Shown: piece by piece, positions 1 through 9,029 of the stretch
Layout of the letters: each line of letters begins with the position of its first letter
How positions within the stretch are numbered: the first letter of the stretch is position 1
From: Patescibacteria group bacterium
GTDB taxonomy: Bacteria > Patescibacteriota > Patescibacteriia > 2-02-FULL-49-11
DNA: 64,000 nucleotides
Direction: 5' to 3'
Assembly (NCBI GenBank): GCA_041645165.1
Contig: JBAZQN010000009.1
Span: 4,674 to 68,673, forward strand
Translations under genes and position numbers: made by a program
The notes under the pieces: model-generated
Seen by the model: only the letters and a program-made list of their open reading frames with translations
Told to the model about the DNA's origin: nothing
Database searches by the model: none

Positions 1-501
1 TCAAGAGTCGTCCGGCTCCCTTTGAATAGAATCGGAGCCATCAACAAAGTCGGACGAGCGCTTGAAGCTTTGGAAAAAGAGCACGGGCGCGAGCCAAGCA
101 TGGAAGAGATCGCCGATAGAATGGAAATGACTTCTTTCGAAGTTGCCGACGTACTCAAAACTTCGGCGCGCCATCTATCATTGGATGAGCCATTCAAAGA
201 GGAAGAAGGGAACAGCTTATTGGCTGTTCTTGAAAGCGATCGCTATGAGCCGCCTGATATGGGATTGACGCAAGAATCTTTAATGCAAGAAATTCAAAAT
301 GTATTAAAGACTCTACCATCCGATAGAGAAGCTGAGATCGTCAAGCTTTATTTCGGGTTGGATGGGGAGCATCTAACCATAGAACAAATTGGTAAGCGTT
401 TTACGCTCACCAGAGAACGGGTACGGCAAATTAAAGAAAAAGCGTTGCGGCGCTTGCGACATCGGTCGCGCTCGGAGCGACTGAGAAAGTATCTAGGTTA
501 A
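1..501 (+). CDS. RNA polymerase sigma-70 family factor, C-terminal part (regions 3-4); 5' end lies outside the window
   Basis: Region 4 HTH-like signature RERVRQIKEKALRRLR and a region-3-like segment; the ORF runs to the window edge so the true start is upstream. Confidence 0.8.
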   Translation, partial: SRVVRLPLNRIGAINKVGRALEALEKEHGREPSMEEIADRMEMTSFEVADVLKTSARHLSLDEPFKEEEGNSLLAVLESDRYEPPDMGLTQESLMQEIQNVLKTLPSDREAEIVKLYFGLDGEHLTIEQIGKRFTLTRERVRQIKEKALRRLRHRSRSERLRKYLG

Positions 502-502
502 A

Positions 503-532
503 AAAGCCCTTATGTATCAACATGAGGGCTTT
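503..532. terminator. hairpin after the sigma gene (8-bp stem aaagccct/agggcttt, 14-nt loop); no T-run on the plus strand
   Basis: Inverted repeat read directly from the sequence; the A-run upstream means it would only act as an intrinsic terminator on the minus strand. Confidence 0.3.
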
Positions 533-648
533 GCACATATAACTATTCGCATGATGCAGAGTATTTACTTATTATTTCAGTGCGGATTGTTGTATTCTCC
601 CATAGTTATTGATATACTACTAATTGCTGTAATACTAATAAAATAAAT

Positions 649-1524
649 ATGCTTAATGACACAAAAAAGATAGAATTGGTTCGGCAGTATGTGGAGAGCG
701 CGAGTTTGAGCCTGCAGGAGGCCAAACAGCTCCTTGAAGACATGACTGGCGTGCACGCGACCAGCCAGGCGCTTGAGAAAGCGCGCGCCGCCGGCGCCAT
801 TCTCTCGTCCTCTGACGGATCTAATGTGATTGAAGGGGTCTTTGACGGCCAGCAAATGGTAGGGCCGGACGGGAAACAGTATTCCATGCCGGCCAATTAC
901 GCATCGAAATCAAAGCTCGTGGAAGGGGATCTGCTGAAACTTACCATCGCGCTCAATGGATCATTTATTTATAAACAGATCGGCCCGGTGGAAAGGAAGC
1001 GGCTGCGGGGGAAACTCATCCAGGAAGAGGAGACAGGGGAGTTTCGCGTGCTTGCCGAAGGGAGATCCTATAAAACGCTCATGGCGTCCATTACGTATTT
1101 TAAAGGGAATGTGGGAGACGATGTGGTCATTCTGGTCCCGCGCGACAAGATTTCCTCATGGGCTGCGGTTGAAAATATTATTTCCGCCGGATCCGGTGAT
1201 TTCCAAGACGAACCAATAGAAGAAGGCAAGGTGGGAGAAAAAGCGCCTCCTAAAGAGCTCAAAGATGAACAGGTGGAAGAAGAGGAAGAAACAGAGGTAG
1301 AAAAAGCGCCTGCAGAACCCAAAGATGAGCAGGAAGAAGAGGAAGAAACAGAGCCGGATGAGCCTAAGCTTGCGCCACCTCCGAAAGAGGAGTTACTATC
1401 AACTGAAGAACCAAAACCCGAACTGAACGCCCCGCAGGTCCCCCCCGCTGTTCCTCTCCAGACACCCGCACCTGCGCCGGTAATCCAGTTTGATGATGAT
1501 AAGGATGAGTTTGAGGAAATCTAA
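649..1524 (+). CDS. hypothetical protein with an acidic E/P-rich low-complexity C-terminal tail
   Basis: 291-aa ORF; structured N-terminal two-thirds, then EEEEETE/PKDEQ repeats; no family recognised. Confidence 0.5.
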   Translation: MLNDTKKIELVRQYVESASLSLQEAKQLLEDMTGVHATSQALEKARAAGAILSSSDGSNVIEGVFDGQQMVGPDGKQYSMPANYASKSKLVEGDLLKLTIALNGSFIYKQIGPVERKRLRGKLIQEEETGEFRVLAEGRSYKTLMASITYFKGNVGDDVVILVPRDKISSWAAVENIISAGSGDFQDEPIEEGKVGEKAPPKELKDEQVEEEEETEVEKAPAEPKDEQEEEEETEPDEPKLAPPPKEELLSTEEPKPELNAPQVPPAVPLQTPAPAPVIQFDDDKDEFEEI

Positions 1525-1691
1525 TTCGTAGAAGCCATACACGCCATTACCACGCCACTATACGCCAAATATTTCCCTTAATTATCTCTTCCCTAAGGGG
1601 GGAGAGCTTTTTCAATGTTGTGTATGCGTACTATTCAGGATAAAATTATGCGTGTTAAGGCGTCGTAAAGGCATATAAATGCGATTGAAAT

Positions 1692-3512
1692 ATGTTAGCG
1701 TTATACCGTAAATACCGGCCGGCAAAATTCAGCGAGCTTATCGGCCAGGACATGATCCGCGATACGCTACTCTCGGAAGTGGCCAATAAGATGCTTGCGC
1801 ACGCGTATCTTTTTACTGGTCCTCGGGGATTAGGAAAAACCTCTACCGCGAGGATTTTGGCTGCGGCCGTGAATTGCGAGCGCCTGAAAGACGGAGAGCC
1901 CTGCGGCGAATGCAGTCGTTGTGTCGCGATTAGGGGCGGGAGATATCTCGATCTCATTGAAATCGATGCGGCATCGCAAACGGGCGTGGATAATGTGCGG
2001 GAAAATATCATTGAGAGCGCGCGGTTTATCCCCCAAGCTGGTCCTTATAAAATCTACATTCTTGACGAAGCGCACATGCTTTCCACTTCCGCGTGGAACG
2101 CGCTTTTGAAAACCCTTGAGGAACCTCCTTTAAGCGTCATATTTATTTTTGCGACCACTGAATCGCGCAAAATCCCGGATACCATCCTTTCGCGGTGCCA
2201 GCAATTCAGGTTCCGCCCTGTGGAGCACGAGGTGCTGAAAAAAAGGCTTGTGAGTATTGCCAAGGCCGAATCCATAATAGTTGATGAAGAGGTCTTTGAC
2301 GAAGTTGCGCTGCGCGCGGGCGGCTACGTACGCGATGCTGAATCGCTTCTTGGGCAGCTGTTTTCTTTAGGGGGAAAATCTGTCACGTGGAAGGACGCGC
2401 AGGTTATTTTGGAGCGCTCATCACTGGAGAGTGTTTCTTCTTTCTTAAAAACGCTCCTCAAGGGGGATGCTGAAAATGCGTTTCAGCAGCTGAATGAGCT
2501 TCAAGAGGAGGGTGTGGACGTGCCGCGGTTTACCTTAGACCTCTTGGAGGCGTTGCGCGCCATGCACTACCGCGCGATTACCGAAGACAACCATCCGTTG
2601 TACATCAGGCGCCACGGGAAGGCAGGCATTGCCATGATCGGGGAAATGTTGAAACTCCAGCATGACCAGGCAATATTGCGCAAAGCGTTGGGAATAATCA
2701 TTGACCAGTTGGATAAATCGCGTGAAGTGCCAAGCGACCTTGTGTTAGAAATCATCGCAGGCGATCTTGCGCACCATTTTAGCGTTTCATCCGGCAGCCA
2801 AAGCAACACTCATAACGAGAATGTTAGTGCTCAGTCTGGGTCCTCACCGCTCGGAATGCACAATTTTTCTGCGGACGCGACCAAGCCGCTTGAACGCTTA
2901 AGCCTGTCTGAAACAGGCTTAAGTCCTCGAAAAATTGGCATTCCTTCGCGTCGCATTGAAGCCAGTGAGCAGTTACCTCATAACGAGAATGATCGCACCC
3001 TGCCACCGGTTTCCCCAGCCCCTGTGACAGAACAAAAGGACAGGAGTCAGATAAAAAATATTCCTGCTCCTGCGATTAAAGCGAATATAAAGGAGGCAGT
3101 GGTAGAGCCAATTTCAGAAACATTGGCTGATGAATCAGCTGAATCAAAACTTGAGTCAAAAAAGCATAACCCTGTCGGCATTACCCTTCATAAAGTCAAA
3201 GAATTATGGGAGACAGTCATTGAAAAGGTGCATAAGAAAAATCATGCATTGCCATTCGTCCTTAAATTTGCAGAGCCTCTGGAAGTGCAGGCGAATCAAG
3301 TGCGCCTCGGGTGCAAGTACCAATTCCATCATGACCGGCTCATCAATCATGAAAATCGTCTCATAGTTGAGCAAGCGCTCAGCGAGGTGCTCGGCGCGCC
3401 CACTGTCATCAAAATTGAATTTGTTGCAGCGCCTATTGCATTGCCAAAACCCGAAGATGCTGCGTTTGATAAAATGGTAAATTTATTCGGCGGGAAGGTG
3501 GTGGAGAGGTAA
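1692..3512 (+). CDS. dnaX: DNA polymerase III subunit gamma/tau
   Basis: Walker A GPRGLGKTS, zinc module CGECSRC and conserved clamp-loader order LDLIEIDAAS. Confidence 0.9.
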   Translation: MLALYRKYRPAKFSELIGQDMIRDTLLSEVANKMLAHAYLFTGPRGLGKTSTARILAAAVNCERLKDGEPCGECSRCVAIRGGRYLDLIEIDAASQTGVDNVRENIIESARFIPQAGPYKIYILDEAHMLSTSAWNALLKTLEEPPLSVIFIFATTESRKIPDTILSRCQQFRFRPVEHEVLKKRLVSIAKAESIIVDEEVFDEVALRAGGYVRDAESLLGQLFSLGGKSVTWKDAQVILERSSLESVSSFLKTLLKGDAENAFQQLNELQEEGVDVPRFTLDLLEALRAMHYRAITEDNHPLYIRRHGKAGIAMIGEMLKLQHDQAILRKALGIIIDQLDKSREVPSDLVLEIIAGDLAHHFSVSSGSQSNTHNENVSAQSGSSPLGMHNFSADATKPLERLSLSETGLSPRKIGIPSRRIEASEQLPHNENDRTLPPVSPAPVTEQKDRSQIKNIPAPAIKANIKEAVVEPISETLADESAESKLESKKHNPVGITLHKVKELWETVIEKVHKKNHALPFVLKFAEPLEVQANQVRLGCKYQFHHDRLINHENRLIVEQALSEVLGAPTVIKIEFVAAPIALPKPEDAAFDKMVNLFGGKVVER

Positions 3513-3544
3513 ATGCTCACTTCCAAAATTTAACTTTTAATAGT

Positions 3545-3660
3545 ACGCTTCGGGAACTGACAATTTTATTCGGCGTCGCGATCACACAGCTTGATGCGCC
3601 TTTCCGCCTCAAAAATTGCAATTCCCTCGCGTTCCTTATTTTTTGGGTAGTGAGCAATTT
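3545..3660. repeat. about 110-nt intergenic repeat, copy 1 of 2 (second copy at 59774-59890)
   Basis: Near-identical string acgcttcgggaactgacaattttattcggcgtcgcgatca..cagcttgatgcgcctttccgcc..aaaaattgca.ttccc at both loci; predicted long-range stem gggaactg..caatttt / aaaaattgca.ttccc with an inner hairpin. Confidence 0.6.
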
Positions 3661-3720
3661 TGTGGAGGGGAGTTGAGGTGAAAACGAAAGTATGATACCG
3701 TGGCTGCGGGCACAGTGTAT

Positions 3721-3791
3721 TCGGGGATCGTCTAATGGTAGGACAGCAGGCTCTGGACCTGCTAATCTTGGTTCGAGTCCAAGTCCCCGAG
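3721..3791 (+). tRNA. tRNA-Gln (anticodon CTG)
   Basis: Manual fold: acceptor stem TCGGGGA/TCCCCGA, anticodon stem GCAGG/CCTGC with loop CTCTGGA (anticodon CUG), T-arm GGTTCGAGTCC; CCA is not encoded. Confidence 0.8.
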
Positions 3792-3830
3792 ATTAATTTG
3801 AATTATAAAAATCGTAATAAATATATTCCT

Positions 3831-4094
3831 ATGACACGAGAAATGCAAGAAAATAATTCTCGGGAATTCGATTCAGTGCCCACGGCAGTGGATTGGGTAC
3901 GGAGCCAGTTAGGAGAAGCTGGTATATATGGCGGTGATATCACTCTAAATTGTGAAGTAACAGAGGAGGTAAAGAGTGAGCTAAGAAAGATCTTCCATAG
4001 TAAGCCGAGGTGCGCAAAATGTATTGTGACAAATGTAGAGGGCAATCCAAATATGGCGCATATCGAGATAATTCGTGATGAGGATAAAGTGTGA
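3831..4094 (+). CDS. small hypothetical protein
   Basis: The ORF-track start at 3735 overlaps the tRNA, so the start was moved to the first internal ATG (3831); AT-rich, no family recognised. Confidence 0.3.
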   Translation: MTREMQENNSREFDSVPTAVDWVRSQLGEAGIYGGDITLNCEVTEEVKSELRKIFHSKPRCAKCIVTNVEGNPNMAHIEIIRDEDKV

Positions 4095-4124
4095 AAATAA
4101 ATTATAATAAATATAAAGAACGAC

Positions 4125-4403
4125 ATGGCTACAATACATAAAAAAGTCTGGAAAGAATATTTTAAGGAGATCGTCTCTCATAAGAAAAAATTTGAGCTGC
4201 GCCTTGCGGATTTTGAGGTCCGTGAAGGCGATACGTTGGTTCTGGAAGAATGGGACCAGATTAAGAAAAAATATACCGGCAGGAGAGTGGAGGTGACTGC
4301 CACGTATGTCCTCAGGACCAAGGATCTGCACTTCTGGCCGCAAGCAGAAGTTGATAAACATGGGTATCAGGTTATCCAGTTTGAAGCGAAAAAGGGTGCA
4401 TAA
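4125..4403 (+). CDS. DUF3850-like (ASCH/PUA-like fold) small protein
   Basis: N-terminal pattern KKVWKEYFKEIVSHKKKFELRLADFEVREGDTLVLEEW resembles the DUF3850 signature as I recall it, not the Pfam profile; 92 aa. Confidence 0.55.
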   Translation: MATIHKKVWKEYFKEIVSHKKKFELRLADFEVREGDTLVLEEWDQIKKKYTGRRVEVTATYVLRTKDLHFWPQAEVDKHGYQVIQFEAKKGA

Positions 4404-4452
4404 ATATGTGGCCAAAATGCTGTATGTTGGCCACAATACGAGTTAGAACATT

Positions 4453-4953
4453 ATGAAGAATAAGGGAGCCATTGGGGATATATTAATACGAAAGGCTAAC
4501 AAGGAGGATATTGGCGCCATTGTGCGTCTGAACAGTTTGCTTGCCGATTATCATCACGACCTTGATCCTTACTGGAAGACGGGAAGTCGTGTCAGAAAAT
4601 CGTATAGAAAAATTTTTGTTAAGGAGTTGAGGAGAAGAAACATACGGTATTATGTTGCGGAAGATAAGGGGAGGGTAGTGGGTTACTTCTGTGCGCTTAT
4701 TAAGGCAGCGTCTTCTACGGTGAATACGAAGCACATAGGGCATATCCGGATTGGTTTTGTGCAGAGGGAATATCGCGGCAAAGGCATTGGGCGAGAAGCA
4801 GTCAAGATTTTTTTGGATTGGTTTAAACAGAAAAAGATTCGCTATGTCGAGCTGAATGTTGATGCACGGAATGCCCTGGGAGTGAGCGTATGGAAGCGTT
4901 TTGGGTTTAAAGAATGCATGAAAAGGATGCGGCTTGAATTATCTGGGGAATAG
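4453..4953 (+). CDS. GNAT family N-acetyltransferase
   Basis: Acetyl-CoA-binding motif VQREYRGKGIGREAV; 166 aa. Confidence 0.8.
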   Translation: MKNKGAIGDILIRKANKEDIGAIVRLNSLLADYHHDLDPYWKTGSRVRKSYRKIFVKELRRRNIRYYVAEDKGRVVGYFCALIKAASSTVNTKHIGHIRIGFVQREYRGKGIGREAVKIFLDWFKQKKIRYVELNVDARNALGVSVWKRFGFKECMKRMRLELSGE

Positions 4954-4975
4954 GATATATTATTCTCTATTATCA

Positions 4976-5004
4976 TGTGGCTCATTTGCAGCAAATGAGC
5001 CACA
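4976..5004. terminator. perfect 14-bp inverted repeat (tgtggctcatttgc a gcaaatgagccaca) just after the GNAT gene
   Basis: Read directly from the sequence; no strong T-run follows, so terminator function is inferred. Confidence 0.45.
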
Positions 5005-5058
5005 TTGAGCCTTTCGTAAAACTGCGAAAACTAAGCGTAAAAACTAACCTTATTTTAT

Positions 5059-6630
5059 ATGAGCTTGGCATTTACTAAGCGTTTTTTTATCTCTCTGGGG
5101 ATCATGGCGACTGTTTTGATATTCGTTGTTTTATATAAGACATATACTCCCTCGGGGACGCCAGTGCAACCAAGTCAGACGGATAATGCGGTTAAGCAGT
5201 CCAATAATGGTGTGATTGTTCCTGTTCAAGAAGTACCCCATCCGGTATCCCTGCAGGCGCTGATGGAAAAGGAGTATAACGGCAGCGAGTTGACGCTTGG
5301 CGAGGTGCTGGTGGAAAATGAAGCCTATACCCGTTATTATGTTACCTATAAAAGCGGCGCGCTCACGATATCAGGCATCATGAATATACCGAAAAAAGGC
5401 GGCCCTTTCCCTTTGATTATTCTTAACCATGGGTACATAGATCCCGAGGTATATACGAACGGACGCGGCCTAAAGCGCGAACAGGATTATCTGGCGCGGA
5501 GGGGGTACGCGGTCCTGCATCCCGACTACCGCAATCATGCGGATTCCGATTCCGATCCCGACGCCGAACTGCGGTTCCGTTTGGGCTATACTGAAGATGT
5601 GGTCAATGCGGTGTCTGCGGTAAAGAACTCTTCCCTTGCGGAAATAACAAAAGACCGCATCGGCATGCTTGGGCATTCCATGGGCGGGGGCATCGCGTTG
5701 AATGTGATGGTGGCGCAGCCGGATTTAATCAAGGCGTTTGTGCTGTTCGCGCCTGTCAGCGCCGACGTAAAAGATAATTTTGAAAAGTGGACTTCCCGCA
5801 GACCAGAACTCGCACAACAGTTGATTGCTACGTATGGCTCGTTTGAAACAGCGCCTGAATTTTGGCATAACCTGTCTCCCCTCAATTTCCTTGATCGAGT
5901 GACCGCGCCAGTGGAGATCCACCATGGCACTGCGGATGAGTCAGTGCCTCTTGAGTGGTCTGAAAAGCTCGAGCGCGCGTTTGAGGCGCAGAATAAGGAT
6001 GCGAAACTCTTTACTTATCCGAGAGAGCCGCACGAGTTTATTAATGCGTGGCCTTTGGTGATGGAGCGCACGGTCGTGTTTTTTGACCGTGCTTTGAAGG
6101 GGAACCGGGCGGCGAATACGGAAAAAACACAGGATCGTTTTGTCCCCCCAATCGATAATTGGGAGTCGCGGGTTACGAAAAAGCCATTTGGCATCTATAT
6201 CACACCCGACAATTCTCCCGTTTCCCCGGAGCGGTTTGCCGGTTACCATACAGGCACTGATTTCGAAACATTACCTGATGAGCAGGGAAAAGGCGTGTTA
6301 ATTTATGCGATCTGCAATGGCCCGCTGGTTGCCAAGAGAACCGCATCAGGATACGGGGGTATAGCCGTGCAGCAGTGCGTGTTCCAGGGGGAGACGGTGA
6401 GCGTGGTCTATGGCCATGTGAGGCTTTCAAGTGTTACTATAAATGTAAATGAAACGCTTCGTGCGGGAGACACCCTTGGGGTGCTGGGAAAAGGGTACAG
6501 CAGCGAAACAGACGGGGAAAGGAAACATCTGCATTTAGGGATATACAAGGGAGAGGGGATTAGCATCCTTGGATATGTGCAGAATAGCGAAGAATTAGGC
6601 GGCTGGATAGACGCTACAAAATATTTCTAA
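5059..6630 (+). CDS. membrane-anchored fusion protein: S9/dienelactone-type alpha/beta hydrolase plus C-terminal M23 (LytM-type) metallopeptidase
   Basis: N-terminal TM helix; GHSMGGG nucleophile elbow and HGTADESVP; C-terminal M23 motifs YHTGTDF (HxxxD) and HLHLGIY (HxH). Confidence 0.7.
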   Translation: MSLAFTKRFFISLGIMATVLIFVVLYKTYTPSGTPVQPSQTDNAVKQSNNGVIVPVQEVPHPVSLQALMEKEYNGSELTLGEVLVENEAYTRYYVTYKSGALTISGIMNIPKKGGPFPLIILNHGYIDPEVYTNGRGLKREQDYLARRGYAVLHPDYRNHADSDSDPDAELRFRLGYTEDVVNAVSAVKNSSLAEITKDRIGMLGHSMGGGIALNVMVAQPDLIKAFVLFAPVSADVKDNFEKWTSRRPELAQQLIATYGSFETAPEFWHNLSPLNFLDRVTAPVEIHHGTADESVPLEWSEKLERAFEAQNKDAKLFTYPREPHEFINAWPLVMERTVVFFDRALKGNRAANTEKTQDRFVPPIDNWESRVTKKPFGIYITPDNSPVSPERFAGYHTGTDFETLPDEQGKGVLIYAICNGPLVAKRTASGYGGIAVQQCVFQGETVSVVYGHVRLSSVTINVNETLRAGDTLGVLGKGYSSETDGERKHLHLGIYKGEGISILGYVQNSEELGGWIDATKYF

Positions 6631-6727
6631 TTGAAAGTTTATCGTGCGATAAGCAATGTGGTACAATAATCCCAAAATTGGGATTGTTTTGTTTTAAATC
6701 GTTCATTAACAAAGAAAGGAATCAAAC

Positions 6728-8206
6728 ATGAAGGTATTGCTTGTGTATCCAGAAATTCCAGACACTTTCTGGAGTTTTAAGTATGCTCTCCCTTTTATAG
6801 GGAAGCGTGCTCTGATGCCACCATTAGGGCTCTTGACGGTGGCAGCGATGTTACCGCCTACATGGGATCGGCGTCTCGTTGATCTCAATGTAACATCACT
6901 CACAGAAATGGATCTTGCGTGGGCTGATTACGCATTTATTAGTGCAATGGTCGTGCAGAGGGAATCAGCCCGTCATTTGATCCATCGATGTAAAGAAGGA
7001 GGACTTAAGGTCGTGGCCGGAGGTCCACTTTTTCGGTGGGAGCATCAGCAGTTTGGAGAGGTTGATCATTTTATATTAGGGGAGGCAGAGGTTACACTTC
7101 CATCGTTTCTAGTGGATCTGGAAAGTGGTGATCCACAACATGTCTACTTTTCTACGGGATTTGCAGCGATGGAAAAGTCCCCAGCTCCTCAGTGGGATTT
7201 GGTTAACTTTAGGTATTATTCGTCAGCGGCTATTCAATTTTCACGTGGATGCCCTTTTGACTGTGAATTCTGTGATATCACTAGTACTTTGGGACGTAAG
7301 CCACGAGTGAAGACTTCTGCTCAAGTTATAACAGAACTAGATAAGTTGCATCGCCTCGGATGGCATGACCCAGTGTTTTTTGTTGATGACAACTTTATTG
7401 GGCCCAAAAGAGCCTGTAAGATGCTCTTATCTGAGCTGATCGTATGGCGGAAAGGTAAGGAGGGCATGCCGTTTAATACCCAGGCATCTCTAAACCTCGC
7501 CGATGACGAAGAACTTATGGACTTGATGGTCAAAGCTGGATTTGACTCCGTTTTTGTGGGTATTGAAACGGTGGATGAAGAAGGACTGAGAGAATGCGGG
7601 AAGCGTCAAAATTTAAAACGCGATCTTCTTCACGATGTTCAAACTATCCAGTCAGCCGGACTCGAGGTCCAAGGTGGATTCATTTGTGGATTTGACCACG
7701 ATGACCATTCGATTTTCGAACGGTTGAAAGATTTTATCCAGAGGAGCGGTATTGTTACTGCAATGGTCGGTCTCCTCCAGGCGCTACCGGGAACTAAACT
7801 CCATAAACGTTTAGCTGAGGAGAAACGTCTTTTAGATGTTACATCTGGGGATAATGTGGATGCCGTTACGAACCTTTATCCGGTTATGGGGCCGGAAGCT
7901 CTCCTTAAAGGGTACAAGGATGTCTTGGCTTTTCTCTATGAGCCAAGGAACTATTACGCTCGTATAAGAGTTTTATTACGAGTTTTAAATCCTCCGAAGG
8001 TTAGGACGCCCTTCGAATGGCGATATGTTACGGCTTTTATTCGTTCTCTTGTTTTCCTTGGAATAGTAGGGAGAGAGCGGGTTTATTATTGGCGGTTGCT
8101 ATTATGGACCGTTTTTAATCGACCCACGTTATTATCACATGCGGTTACGTATATGATCTTTGGCTACCATTTCCGTAAAATTCGCGAAAGGGTAGCCCCT
8201 ACATAG
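6728..8206 (+). CDS. B12-binding (class B) radical SAM protein with a DUF4070-type C-terminus
   Basis: CxxxCxxC as CPFDCEFC about 175 aa in, preceded by a Rossmann-like N-terminal domain typical of cobalamin-binding radical SAM enzymes; 492 aa. Confidence 0.85.
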   Translation: MKVLLVYPEIPDTFWSFKYALPFIGKRALMPPLGLLTVAAMLPPTWDRRLVDLNVTSLTEMDLAWADYAFISAMVVQRESARHLIHRCKEGGLKVVAGGPLFRWEHQQFGEVDHFILGEAEVTLPSFLVDLESGDPQHVYFSTGFAAMEKSPAPQWDLVNFRYYSSAAIQFSRGCPFDCEFCDITSTLGRKPRVKTSAQVITELDKLHRLGWHDPVFFVDDNFIGPKRACKMLLSELIVWRKGKEGMPFNTQASLNLADDEELMDLMVKAGFDSVFVGIETVDEEGLRECGKRQNLKRDLLHDVQTIQSAGLEVQGGFICGFDHDDHSIFERLKDFIQRSGIVTAMVGLLQALPGTKLHKRLAEEKRLLDVTSGDNVDAVTNLYPVMGPEALLKGYKDVLAFLYEPRNYYARIRVLLRVLNPPKVRTPFEWRYVTAFIRSLVFLGIVGRERVYYWRLLLWTVFNRPTLLSHAVTYMIFGYHFRKIRERVAPT

Positions 8207-8210
8207 ATTA

Positions 8211-8245
8211 AAGGCAGGCTGCTATATGTGACCTGCCTTTTAAAA
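8211..8245 (+). terminator. intrinsic terminator after the radical SAM gene
   Basis: Stem aaggcagg/cctgcctt with a 13-nt loop followed by ttttaaaatt. Confidence 0.6.
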
Positions 8246-8273
8246 TTGCTACAGATATGGCATAGTTATATAT

Positions 8274-9029
8274 ATGTCCATCTACTATAACCCTAAACGC
8301 GTGAAGAATTTATTTGACCCTGTTTCGCAGGAGCCGTTTCGGTTGAGCCGATCGAAAATTGAGCTCTTCATGAATTGTCCGCGGTGTTTCTATCTTGATC
8401 GGCGGTTAGGGATTTCCCAGCCGCCGTCTTTTCCGTTTTCCCTGAATTCCGCGGTTGATACATTATTGAAAAAAGAGTTCGATATCCACCGCGCGCATGG
8501 CACCGCGCATCCGCTCATGAAGGTCTATGGCATTGACGCGGTTCCTTTGCCGCACGAGAAGATTGAGGAGTGGCGCGATGCGCTGCGCAGAGGCATTACG
8601 TACCATCATACTGCCACCAATTTTATCGTCACTGGCGGCATTGATGACCTCTGGGTGAATGCAAAGGGCGAGCTTCATGTGGTGGATTATAAAAGCACCT
8701 CAAAAGAGCAGGAGGTGAATATTGATGCGGAGTGGCAGATCAGCTACAAGCGCCAAATGGAGATATACCAATGGCTTTTCAGGAAAAATGGGTTCAAAGT
8801 TTCTTCCACAGGATATTTTGTTTATTGCAATGGGATTACTGACCGCAAGGCGTTTGACGGCAAGCTGGAGTTTGACGTGAAATTAATCCCTTATGAAGGG
8901 GGCGATGCGTGGATAGAGGATACGCTTGGAGATATTGCGCAATGTTTAAAGCAAAACTCACTCCCGAAGCCGGGGAGAGAATGCGATTATTGCGGATATC
9001 GCCTAAACGCCGCAGAATATGAGAAATAA
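8274..9029 (+). CDS. PD-(D/E)XK-family nuclease with N-terminal CxxC and C-terminal CxxC (Cas4/RecB-like domain)
   Basis: GGIDD...ELHVVDYKS matches the D..(D/E)xK catalytic pattern; four Cys (CPRC near the N-terminus, CDYC at the C-terminus) suggest an Fe-S or Zn site. Confidence 0.55.
   Translation: MSIYYNPKRVKNLFDPVSQEPFRLSRSKIELFMNCPRCFYLDRRLGISQPPSFPFSLNSAVDTLLKKEFDIHRAHGTAHPLMKVYGIDAVPLPHEKIEEWRDALRRGITYHHTATNFIVTGGIDDLWVNAKGELHVVDYKSTSKEQEVNIDAEWQISYKRQMEIYQWLFRKNGFKVSSTGYFVYCNGITDRKAFDGKLEFDVKLIPYEGGDAWIEDTLGDIAQCLKQNSLPKPGRECDYCGYRLNAAEYEK

Noticed and set aside
503-532. Intrinsic terminator call for the hairpin after the sigma gene on the plus strand
   Set aside because: The stem is followed by gcacatat, not a U-run. 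The A-run is upstream, so it would only act as a terminator for minus-strand transcription. Kept as a low-confidence feature only.
3545-3660. SRP (4.5S/ffs) RNA adjacent to dnaX
   Set aside because: The positional analogy to some bacteria is tempting, but the element lacks the conserved domain IV GGAA tetraloop and AGCA/GCA symmetric-loop consensus, and it has an identical second copy far away.
3735-3830. N-terminal part of ORF 3735-4094 (MVGQQALDLL...)
   Set aside because: It overlaps the tRNA-Gln gene. This part of the reading frame is the tRNA read in frame, so the start was moved to 3831.
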